Of a stretch of 64,000 nt of DNA, positions 12,881-25,686 are shown piece after piece (the stretch's first letter is position 1; the number at the start of each line of letters is the position of its first letter). The DNA comes from the human T2T-CHM13v2.0 reference genome, Homo sapiens. Both the position numbers and the translations under genes were made by a program. The stretch lies in the NCBI RefSeq assembly GCF_009914755.1, contig NC_060926.1. One strand, 5' to 3'. The notes under the pieces are model-generated. The model saw only the letters and a list, made by a program, of their open reading frames with translations, was not told the origin of the DNA and did not search any database.

Positions 12881-12972
12881 GCTACTCCTTAGAATCAACT
12901 GACCTGTTTCCTTTTTTTAGTGGTACTTTCATTTGAAACTATTTCTAATGTGCAGGAATTTTTTTCCTTTAG

Positions 12973-13105
12973 TGTTGGGCAACCATTCCAAGGGGCTTAC
13001 CTGGAAATCAACAAGAACCCCAAGTATAAGAAACTCAAAGATGCCATTGAAGAAAAGATCATCATTGCTGAAGTCGTGAACAAAATTAACCGTGCTAATG
13101 GGAAG
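12973..13105 (+). CDS. MYO1B: Myosin-Ib TH1 exon, (S)VGQPFQGAYLEINKNPKYKKLKDAIEEKIIIAEVVNKINRANGK
   Basis: ttcctttag|T acceptor completes the split AGT codon; AAG|gtaaaa donor; 133 nt; KINR..GK PH-like beta1-loop motif. Confidence 0.96.
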
Positions 13106-13441
13106 GTAAAAATGCTAACCTTGAAGACTGATAAGAAGTACCTATTAGTTGGGATAGTCACCCTGTTTTCTGAATGTAAAAATTTGCATTTCATGTTCTC
13201 AGTAGAGTTAACTATGAAGGCGGCTATTTCCCCTTACCTTTAAGCTTAGGTGGAATTTTGCTTGTTCTCTGACATTTTTATGAAATAAAACATATTATTT
13301 ATGTTCTTTACTGCGTTCTTGGTTTACATAGGTATGTTTGTTGAAGGATATTGGAATTTTTGCAAATAATGCCTTAAACTCATGGACCATTTTTGAGTAT
13401 TTGTGATCATTGGTTTTATACTATTTTTTATTTTGATTTAG

Positions 13442-13594
13442 AGTACATCTCGGATTTTCCTCTTAACAAACAATAATCTCCTTCTTGCTGACCAAAAGTC
13501 TGGACAAATCAAGTCAGAGGTTCCACTGGTGGATGTGACCAAGGTATCAATGAGCTCACAAAATGATGGCTTCTTCGCCGTCCACCTCAAAGAG
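13442..13594 (+). CDS. MYO1B: Myosin-Ib TH1 exon, STSRIFLLTNNNLLLADQKSGQIKSEVPLVDVTKVSMSSQNDGFFAVHLKE
   Basis: tttag|AGT acceptor and GAG|gtaaag donor; 153 nt, phase 0-0; typical TH1 R.LLLT and VS.S...DG.F..H motifs. Confidence 0.96.
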
Positions 13595-14004
13595 GTAAAG
13601 GTTCAACAGAAGATTTCTGTGCTTAATCTCTCAGCCATTGATTTAAAAAATTTCCATATCTGATAATCCTATCGCAGTTTATATATCTGCCTTGCTAATT
13701 TGCAAATTTTGGATATTCACCCCTATGTAAAATCTCCGACTCAGTTTTTCAGTAATTGAATAAAGTTAATCACTTTTATTGGCCAGTTTACTTTACTTTT
13801 TGAGACTAATACATAGAAATATCAAGATGTTTTAAATTTTGTTTTCTCCTGTTTTTTCTTCTATGTATCAACTTAGTAAATGTCTTAATGTTCATCTCTA
13901 ATCTGGGGGTTTACATTAAAGGATACAACTAAAATAAAATAACCGCCAGTTAATTTTAACCTAAATAATTTTTAGTGTTCTGTGCCTTTAGCTTAACCAG
14001 GACT

Positions 14005-14230
14005 CCTGGCTTGGATGCAGTGGTTACATGTAGGTTCTGGAGTTGGTCTCACTCACTTTATGATAATTTTGGCCAAGGCATTTAATTTGTGTGTGCCTAC
14101 CTACTTTTTCTCATCTTTAAAATGGGGATAGTAAGAGTGCCTACTTCATAGCATTGTTGTAAGGATTAAGGATTAAATGAGACACTGGAGGAACAGGGCC
14201 TGTCACATAACACATAGTCACTGAATAAAC
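14005..14230 (+). mobile_element. MIR
   Basis: MIR core ttttctcatctttaaaatggggatagtaagagtgcctacttcatagcattgttgtaaggattaa. Confidence 0.75.
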
Positions 14231-14386
14231 AAAAGTTAACAAATATTGATCATATGTAGGGACATGTGTCTAGCTAATAATGTTACTCTCTGGCCAACCC
14301 TAAACTTAGAAAAATCCCCAAAGCTTCCCTTAGCCTGTTTACCCTACTTTGGATCTTAACTTAAAGGGGGCATATCAAATACTAGG

Positions 14387-14830
14387 ACAGTGATTCTCAA
14401 CCTCAGTGACACATGTAAACAGCTTGGGAACTTTAAAAATTCTGATGCCCAGGCCATACCCCTATGAAATCAAATTAGAATTTCTCAGAGGGGGCACAAG
14501 CATCATGTTTTTTTTTTTGTTTTGTTTTGTTTTTTTTTTGAATAAACCCAGATGATTCCCTTGCACAGCTAAAGCTGAGAGCCACTGCCCTAGGATATTT
14601 GTTGGAAGTGTTGTCATTAGGGTTTTAACCAAATCACTGAAAAGTTTTTTAATCAAGTCCTTCAGAAGAGTTGCGGGATAGGTCCATGCTCCTCAAACCT
14701 GAATGTGTAAACCCATACCTGGAGGTTGCGTTGTGGTTTCATATTCACTGGGGCTGTGGTAGGGCCTGAGATTCTGCTTTTCTAGCAAGCTCCAAGTGAT
14801 GCACATGGTGCTTCTGCTGCATCCACCGAC
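14387..14830. mobile_element. MER5-type hAT-Charlie fragments
   Basis: cagtgattctcaacc...ctgatgcccaggccatacccc...gctgagagccactg, plus a second piece ggcctgagattctgcttttctagcaagctccaagtgatg. Confidence 0.65.
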
Positions 14831-15039
14831 TTTAGGTAGAAGGGGATTAGGTAACCTTACTAAAGTGCTCTGAGCAAGTTGGAAGAAACACTGCTTTTGT
14901 CATTATTGTTTACCTTGGGAGAATGGATTCCAGGATCTGATGTTTTAAAGAGACTGTAAGTATGTTTTTAGCCAAGCCTGTAAATATTGACCTTCTAAGG
15001 TATCTTTAATTATGACCGACTCTTGGTTTGTCCTTGCAG

Positions 15040-15167
15040 GGCTCAGAAGCAGCTAGTAAAGGAGACTTTCTCTTCAGCAGTGATCACCTGATTGAAATGG
15101 CCACCAAGCTCTATCGCACAACTCTCAGCCAAACCAAACAGAAGCTCAATATTGAGATTTCCGATGA
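15040..15167 (+). CDS. MYO1B: Myosin-Ib TH1 exon, GSEAASKGDFLFSSDHLIEMATKLYRTTLSQTKQKLNIEISD(E)
   Basis: ccttgcag|GGC acceptor and GA|gtacgt donor (phase 2); 128 nt; KGD.L...H.IE..TKL motif. Confidence 0.96.
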
Positions 15168-15457
15168 GTACGTTCATGTATTGTTTGAAAACCCTTTTTC
15201 TCTTTCAGCTTTTTTGTTTTAGTTCAGCTCTCGATCTCATTCATTAATACAACTACTTATTAAGTACCAGGTATGTGTCTAGTAGTTGTTCCACATGATA
15301 AATGGGCAGTGAATGACACTGACCAAGTCTCCAACCTCATGTACCTGACATCCTAGTGGAAGAGACCAGTATGTACAAATAAAATGATGAAATAGTTGAT
15401 AAGATTTTGGCTAACAAGTGTTTATGGAGGAAAAAAAGGGTTAAGAGTCAGAGAGTA

Positions 15458-15924
<467 letters not shown>

Positions 15925-17392
15925 TTACTGTGTTGATTATACTTAATTGGTTACCTTTCAATAGATTGTTTACCTGCTTATATACTTCTTTGCATGTCTA
16001 GATTGCTCAGGAAATTATATTCTTTTCTAATTAAGAATTTTCTAGTCTATTCTGTTTCAACTCTTCCTAAAAGTCTTTCTAAAATAAATTTACACCCATT
16101 TCTGCCCCTTTGTAAGTCAGACTCTCTTTGATATGTTAGGATTTTGCAGTGCTGTGGGCTTTTCTTAAGTTCTCATTGAAGTGTTTAGATTTGGGTGGGA
16201 GGTTGGGCTTCATGTATACTCTATATTGGAAATTGCTGTTCGGACTAAATAACTTTTCTTGTTAATGAGATCTTTCTCATAAAGAAATTAGGAAAAAAAT
16301 AATGGTTGGTGTGTTTCAGTTAAGGATTTAACACGTTAGGGCCTATTAGAGCTTTAAAATCCCTTTATAATAGTTGAAGTTTTTCATAATCTGGGAGAAT
16401 GGGCTTTGGTGGGGCTGCTAATTCTCACTCACCATGGGAAGATCGTATGTATCCCAGACAGCAGAAGCTCCTCAGTGTACAGACGAAGCAGTCTCATAGT
16501 TGTCCCACTATGTGAATAAACTCATCTTTACACAGAAAGGAAATCACACCAACATCCAGACCACAAAGTACTGCTATTTTTAAGCATTTCCCAAACCGGG
16601 ATTCTAGGAACATTGCTTGTACAGGATGCTAATAACGATGTACTGTGAAAAAATTGTTCTCTGATGGAAATTTAAAATCTTTCTTCACTACATTACATCT
16701 CAGAGCCCCTGAAATCTTGTTGTGATTCTCCTGAGGAGCTTTGCGGGGATAGCGTGTGGCGTGAATCCTAAACATAGTCAACCACAGAGCTCCTTCAGCA
16801 GCTCTCACAGCTTGTGTTCGAAGGTGTGCCATCTGGGAAAGGGGGACAGTTCGCTTCTGGGCAGCAAGGGCCCTGCCCTGTCACAGAGGGCGTGTGATGT
16901 TCTGGATGCCATAAGCTTTCAGTAAACAGTTGTCTGAGCGAAGATTTATAATGTGGCCACATGAAGAAAACAAACATTGGGTAGCATTATAATGCCTTTC
17001 ATTCTCCAGTGCCTAATTATTGATTGGTCTCATAAAAATAAAACAGTTCATAGGACTCTACATAGCACCCGTGGGTCCCTTCCCCAGGTGGCACAGGAAG
17101 CCTGCAGAGGAAGTTTGTAGGTAAGGATCGTAAATCTCCTTAGGGAGCATTTTGAATTTAAACGAAAATGTCCAAAGTCATAGGCAGGGGCGCCTGTTCC
17201 TTTATGTGTCAGCCCTAAGTGGCTTCGCTAGCTCTATAGAACCAGTGTTGAAAACTAGTGACTAAGCCCTTCCTTGCTTTTTCCTTCCCAGAAGTAGAAG
17301 TAGTTACTCTAACAAACCTAGATTCTGTAATCATTATGGATAAGTGGATGTCAGTTTATGGAAAGAGAGTCAAAGTCCTGTTTACTCTTTAG

Positions 17393-17734
<342 letters not shown>

Positions 17735-18103
17735 TAGAAGTGAGAATTGAATTCATTCAGAGATTCAGCTGCCTTATAGTTTCTAGTCCTTAAACTTCTA
17801 AGCTGTTCAATGTGTAACTAGATTGCATTTTAAGGATAACCTGCAAGATGTGTAATGCAGTTATGCACCACATAATGACATTTTGGTCAGCAATGGATTG
17901 CACAGATGACGGTGGTCCCCTAAGATTGTAATGGAGCTGAAAAATTCTTCTGTCTATTGATGTCACAGGTGTTGTAATGTTATAGTGCAAGGCACTACTC
18001 ACATGTTTGTGCTGCTGCTGGTGTAAACAAACCTACTTCACTGCCAGTTGTATACAAGTAAAAGCACATACAATTATGTACAATATGTAACTCTTGATAA
18101 TAA

Positions 18104-18435
<332 letters not shown>

Positions 18436-18836
18436 TATACTGTACTTTTTATCTTTATTTTAGCGTGTATGCCTACATGTTAAAAAAGTTAATTGTAAAA
18501 CAGCCTTGGGCAGGTCCTTAAGGGGGTATTTCAGAAGGCATTGTTATCTTAGGAGAAGACAGCCCCATGTGTATTTTTACCCCTGAAGACTTTCCAGTGG
18601 GACAAGACATGGAGATAGAAGACAGTGAAATTGATGCTCCTGACCCTGTGTAGGCCTAGGCTAATATGTTTGTATCTTAGTTTTTAACAAAAAGTTTAAA
18701 AAGTAAAAATAAAAAAAATTAAAATTTTAAAAATAGAGAAAAGCTTATAGAATAAGGTTATAAAGAAAATATTTTTGTACAGCTATACAAAGTATTGTGT
18801 TTTAAGCTAAGTGTTATTACAAAAGAGCCAAAAAAC

Positions 18837-19135
18837 AGCCGGGCCCAGTGGCTCACGCCTGTAATCTTGGCACTTTGGGAGGCCAAGGCTGGTGGATTGC
18901 TTGAGCTTAGGAGTTCAATACCAGCCTGGGCGACATGACGAAACCCCTTCTCAACAAAAAAATTAAAAAATTAGCCAGCCATGGTGACACACACCTGTAG
19001 TCCCAGCTTCTCAGGAGGCTGAGGTGGGAGAATCATCTGAGCCCGGGAAGGTCAAGGCTGCCCTGAGCCATGATTGCTCCAGTGAACTCCAGCCTGGGAG
19101 ACAGACCAAGACCCTGCCTCAAAAACAAAACAAAA
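18837..19135 (+). mobile_element. AluJ nested in Tigger3b
   Basis: gattgcttgagcttaggag, gaggtgggag, gtcaaggctg (J-type positions). Confidence 0.9.
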
Positions 19136-19909
19136 GTGTCAAAAATGTTTTTAAAATTGTAAAGTTTATAAAGCAAAAAGTTACAGTAAGCAAAGGTTAA
19201 TTTATTATTGAAGAAAGAAAAAATTACCTATAAAGTATACCGTAATGTAATGTCCTAGGCCTTCACATTCACTAACAACTCACTCACTGACTCACCCAGA
19301 GCTACTTCCAGGCCTGCAAGCCCCATTCATGGTAAGGGCGCTAGACAAGTACACTATTTTTTATCTTTTATGCTATTCTTACTGTACCTTTTCTATTCTT
19401 ACTAAGTTTACACATACAAATACCATTGTGTTACAGTTACCTACAGTACAATAACACGCTGTAGCATCTAGGTTTGGGTAAATGCACTCACTCTATGATG
19501 TTTGCACAATGACAAAATCACCTAGTGATGCATTTCTCAGAATGTATCCCTTTTATTAGATGATGCATGACTATATTTCTAAAATCAAGTTCCCAAATAG
19601 AGTAAAAACTAAAGTGAATTTGTTTCATTAAACATTTTAAATATATGTGTGTGTATATACATATAGGTATACACGTGTGTACAATAGATACACATATATC
19701 ATTTAAGTTATACAATTGGTTTTCTGAATATTTGAAATCCAAACAACTAATCCATGTTCCTTTTACCTTGAAATTCTAACTGGTATGAATGCCATGAAAT
19801 AATACATTCCATGTTATTGTTTGTTGGAGGAGGATTTTCTCTTTTCTATGAGGTGAAGATAAATAATAGTGCTTACCTCCTAGGATTGTCTTAAAGCCTG
19901 ATCTAATAA

Positions 19910-20293
<384 letters not shown>

Positions 20294-20392
20294 TGAATAT
20301 TAATCAGGAATTATAGACATGGAAACAGTTAATGTAGGCCAAGGTTATTGGGGAAAGAAGTTCCTATACATTTATTACACTTACAAGTGGTC

Positions 20393-20692
20393 TTTTTTAT
20401 TTATTTTGAGGCAGAGTCTCCCTCTGTCACCCAGGTCAGAGTCCGGTGGTGTGATCCCGGCTCAATGCAGCCTCCTCTGCCTCCTAGCTGCAAACGATTC
20501 CCCTGCCTCAGCTTCCCGAGTAGCTGGAATTACAGGCATGCACCACCGTCCCTGGCTAATTTGTGTATTTTTAGTAGAGACGTGGGTTTGCCATGTTGGC
20601 CAGGCTGGTCTCGAACTCCTGGCCTCAAGTTACCTGCCTGCCTTGGCCTCCCAAAGTGCTGGGATTACAGGCATGAGCCACTGTGCCCAGCC
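20393..20692 (-). mobile_element. AluS (older, Sz-like)
   Basis: Full dimer; TSD ACAAGTGGTCTTT. Confidence 0.93.
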
Positions 20693-21952
20693 ACAAGTGG
20701 TCTTTGAAAATAAAAATGTGAAAGTGTTTGATTTTTAAAATGTGTGAATTTTCAATAAACCTGAAAGATTTTTTTTGAGACACATACATACAAGTATATA
20801 TGCCAGAGATATATCTCAGGTAGTTGAATCTGGAACTATAGCTGTCCTTTCCTCATTGCTTTCAAGTTGAAAATGAAGAACCCATTTAAAAGATCAGAAG
20901 CACTATCCTTATAAAACAACTGATGAATTAGAAACACATTTGCCTTGTTTCATTCTAGCAGATAATGTTTGCAAAATGTGGCCTCTTTAGACCTTGAAAC
21001 TGAAACTAATGGATACAGAGCAGAGCTGTGGATCCTCACATCGCTGGGGGATGTCAGTAAGTGGTCAGTGGTTGTTAGGTTGACTCACTTTAGTAATGTG
21101 CCATTGACTGAGAAAACCATCCCTGAGAATATGGAAAATGTCATAATGCTATGCTAATTATGAGGGTAGAGAGAAGAGATCACTGGTTTTGGAACTGGAA
21201 GACCTGGTTTCTGGCCCAGCGATGCAGCTCTCATGTCCCCCAGTGATGCTATCCTCAGTTCAGGGATCTCATCATATACAGTTGGGGGTTCCTCGCAGCA
21301 CCAGCACAGGGATGGTGTGAAGAACCCTCTGTGGATGCTCAATTGTACACCTAAAGTCATCTCTTATCCCAGCAGTGGTCCACATGATACACTGAGGGAA
21401 AAATACACTAATGGATTTTTTAATCCATGAATTAATTTCTATACACTAATGGATTTTTTAAATTTTTATAATTTTTATATAAATATTTTAATGGGTATTA
21501 AAGATATATGTGGTAGATCAAACACATGATTTTATGCATATTCTGTAGGTCACTATTATTTTGAAATACATTTAAGCTAGCAATAGCTATTAGCATACTA
21601 TGCAGATAACGACAAAAACTATGTAGGACATATGTGAGTAACCAGTGTTTAGAAGCCATAGACTAGAGGGTTGCCAGGCCCCTTCCTTTTGTGAAATTCT
21701 TTACCTCATTTTCTCAATTTGTTGATAATTTAATAGGAGCCCCCTCCCATATTTTTTTTTTGCCGTGGAAAAATGGAAATATAACCTGTTGGTCTTTCCA
21801 TTTGAAACACAGAAATAATTCTTAGCCTTTCTACCTTACTAGAATATGATGAGTTAATGAACTTTAGTTTTCTTAGGGCTAAATGAGGACTACTGGAGGT
21901 AAATTGCATTGATACAATTCTGTGTAAGAAGTGCTCATGGGAAGAAGTGATA

Positions 21953-22652
21953 CAGGTTGAGTCTCCCTTATTCGAAATGCTTGGGACAAGAAGTGTTCCC
22001 AGTTTCTTGTTTTGGAATACAGTCATGTGTCATTTAACTTGGGGATGTGTACTAAGAAGTGTGTCACTAGGTGATTTTGTGCAAACATCATAGAGTGTGT
22101 ACTTACACAAACGTAGATGGTATAGCCTACTACACACATAGGCTGTATATTATAGTATAGCCAACTGTTTATAGCATGTTACTGTACTGCATACTGTAGG
22201 CAATTGTAACACAATGGTAAATAGTTGTCTATCTAAACAGAAAAAGTACAGTAAAAATACAGTATAAAAGACAAAAAAATGGTACGACTGTATAGGCCAG
22301 CTCCATCATAATCTTATAGGACCCCCATCGTATATGACTGACAGTGAATTAGGTATGTTTACATCAGTCACCACAAACATGAGTAGTGTATTGCCCTACA
22401 TTAGGAGAGCTATGACGTCACTAAGCCATAGGAATTTTTCCGCGCTTATGGGACCACCATCATATATGTGGTTCATTGTTCACTGAAACGTTGTTAGGTA
22501 GCCCATAGACTGTACTTGCATTATACTTAATGTTTCAGTCTTAATCTGAAATGTTCCAGCAAGCATTTCCTTTAAGCATCATGTCAGTGCTTTAAACATT
22601 TCAGAGTTTGGAGGTTTCAGATTTTCGGATTAGGTTAGGGATGCGCAGCCTG
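21953..22652 (+). mobile_element. Tigger4a (Zombi/MER46-type) element split by a nested Tigger3 element
   Basis: TA|CAGGTTGAG...atgcgcagCCTG|TA; consensus ttttggaaTA / TActtgcattatac resumes after the insert. Confidence 0.85.
22020..22512 (-). mobile_element. Tigger3-family internal-deletion element nested at a TA inside Tigger4a
   Basis: TA|CAGTCATG...catagaCTG|TA; reverse-complement similarity to both ends of 17858-19573. Confidence 0.85.
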
Positions 22653-22753
22653 TACTCGTCAAGATCAGTATCCATTAAAATACAAAAGCAAGTGTTATTG
22701 TAATCATGAGCTGTTTTGTGTATACTTTAATTTGTTTTATTCTTTTCTCCTAG

Positions 22754-22877
22754 GTTCCTGGTACAGTTCAGACAGGACAAAGTATGTGTGAAGTTTATTC
22801 AGGGAAACCAGAAAAATGGGAGTGTCCCAACATGTAAACGAAAAAACAACCGTCTCCTTGAAGTTGCTGTCCCTTAA
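22754..22877 (+). CDS. MYO1B: Myosin-Ib terminal coding exon, (E)FLVQFRQDKVCVKFIQGNQKNGSVPTCKRKNNRLLEVAVP*
   Basis: ttcttttctcctag|G acceptor completes the split GAG codon; TAA stop at 22875-22877. Confidence 0.96.
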
Positions 22878-24305
22878 CTGGCGCCTCCTCTCTACTTTCA
22901 TGGACTTGTTCCTTTGTAATAGTGCAATTTGGTTTTGTTTTATTTGGGGTTCATTGTATGTTTGGGAATCACCAAAGGCTTTTAGAGTTCTTTGGCAAAA
23001 TAAAAATATTTGACTAATCAATTTTTATTATTGGAATAGTTTTAACCTTTCAAATACATGTTCTGTCCTGGAGCAGGATTGTAGAAACTAACAGTGTCTA
23101 TTTTCATGTCTGATGTGTTCTTCCTTTAGTCATCATGTTAGGTCTGTGTACCCTAAATCAGCATATTACTCATAAATCATTAATTAATATAAGCATAGGA
23201 AATGGTCTTAAAAGATACTGCATTCATTCATCAGATATTTATTCCATGCCTACTCTATGCTAGGCACTGTGCTAGATGGTATGAAAACTTATTAGGAACC
23301 TTTTTGTTTTTGAGACCATTGCATTCTGGCTGGTTTGTGCTGGTTTAACGACATCTAAGAAGGTTTAGAAATGGTGAGACCAAAACAATAACTGTTAATG
23401 ATGGACAGCATTATTAGGAACCCTGTAGTATGATATTTAACAATATAGGCTTCAAGAAGGGCTGGTCCTAAGAGGGGGCAGAAATGAATGACCAGGTTAA
23501 ATCCCTCTACATGTGGTTTCTGTTTGAAAAAAAGAAAACTGACATTTGAACAGGACTTTTAATTTGTTTAAAACTCTGGTAATTACTTGTAACAGTAGAA
23601 AATAGAAGTCATTCTTATTTTAGAAAAAGTGACAGAAGCAGTCCAGTAAGATTATATGTTTCTGTTTCTGGTAAATACCATATATGATCCTCGAAATGAT
23701 AATATCTCCAGAATATTGTTTTCACCCAAATTTGAGTAGATATTTTAAACACCTAACAAAGTAAAGGGCTAAAAGCCATTCAGATAGCAGTAAAACATTC
23801 TGTATGATGTGCAATAAAACATCCAAGATCTTTTTTGAAAGTTTTATTTATAATATACATTTTTGTATGAGAAAGGTGATTGGTACAGGGTGCCTATTTT
23901 AGTCATGGATCAAAATTTGTGTAACTTGCAGGGCTTTCTTTCTTTTTCTTCAAATTTACAAGGGTTCATTTTGGAAACTACATTTTAAACTTTGGAATCA
24001 AATTGTTTCTTATTTGGGAGGATAATGTATATACATTGGTATTATGTTAAATAATAAAATTGTTCTAATTTGGTGCCATTTCCTGAATCACAACTGTATT
24101 TTTGTATCTCAAGCTATTTTCATATGTTATGTGTCAATGTATCATCTCTCAGAAAGGTTTTACAATCCAAACATTATATGTTCTCTGTGTAACTGAATTT
24201 CACTTATCTTTTATAAACCAGAAACATTAATTGAAAATATTTTCTGGGGATTTTCTCTTGACTTGTATTTTTAAAAATTGCTCACATAAAGAAGTTCTCA
24301 GAAGT
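22878..24305 (+). other. MYO1B: MYO1B 3' UTR (distal end approximate)
   Basis: Repeat-free AT-rich sequence after the stop. AATAAA at 22999, 23813 and 24053; CATAAA at 24285 is followed by a GT/T-rich tract (tctttgtgtttattggtg). Confidence 0.7.
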
Positions 24306-24325
24306 CTTTGTGTTTATTGGTGCAG
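24285..24325 (+). terminator. Candidate distal polyadenylation site (variant CATAAA + GU-rich downstream element)
   Basis: CATAAA 24285-24290; GT-rich element ~15-30 nt downstream; upstream TGTA elements. Confidence 0.5.
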
Positions 24326-25062
24326 GTAGAGGATGTAATTACTTAGATTCTTCTTGCCTTGTGCCTAAAGTGGTAGATTAATAGTTCCTGATACTGGTGA
24401 GTAGAAATTTGGGAATGAGAGGGTGTGGTGTTTTAAATAACATGCAGTATGTTCACATTGTTCAGCATGTAAGTAAGTGTTAAAATATATACATTACAAA
24501 TTCTCCATCCTATCAACCAGCTATCTGCTTAGTTCCCACCCTCCCCGAAACATTAACCATTGTTGTTAGTTGCTTTTGTATTACTTTGTCCATATGTTTG
24601 CAAAAGGAAATCAAAATAGATTCTTACGTTCTTCTGCTTTAGTAGACAAAAGCTAGTATATTATATTGTAGCCATTGTTCTTTATCTTGCCTTTTTCACC
24701 TAGCAGAATATCATGAAGAGCTGCTCATTCTTCCGTTGTATGGATGTGCTGTGGTGGATTTACCTGGTCTCCTACTCATTATCATTGGGTTGCTTCCTAA
24801 ATGGAACTTGAGGATGGAAGACTAGGATGGAAAGGAGAAATATCCCATAGGTCTACTTGTTAGATTTTTCCAAATACCTTATTTGCAGATTGTTCAATCA
24901 GTCTTGTCACTGAAGTATTCAATAATTTTTGGTCATGGAACCCATTCTTCATGGGTTGTGACTTGACGTGTTGGGAAAGATTTGCTGAACTGCAGCCAGA
25001 AAGCTTCCTTATGTACCAAGGTGAAAGCCCTTCACATTCCCCATTGGGAAGAGCAGTAATAA

Positions 25063-25508
<446 letters not shown>

Positions 25509-25642
25509 TAGAAAGCTCGTTTTTAAAAGATTACAAAAAAACAAAAACCCATGCCAGTTCCTGGGCCATACCCTATACTAACCAAATCAGAATCTCTGGA
25601 ATAGAGTTTGAAAACAGACATTTTAAAGAAAATCTCCAGATG

Positions 25643-25686
25643 CATTCCAGCCTGGGCGACAGAGTGAGACCCTGTCTCAAAAAAGA
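25643..25686 (+). mobile_element. Extremely 5'-truncated Alu (last ~36 nt + short A tail)
   Basis: cattccagcctgggcgacagagtgagaccctgtctcaaaaaag flanked by the direct repeat AAAATCTCCAGATG. Confidence 0.85.

Noticed and set aside
22875-22881. Stop codon followed by CTG (readthrough-like context)
   Set aside because: The stop is TAA, not the leaky TGA-CTAG context
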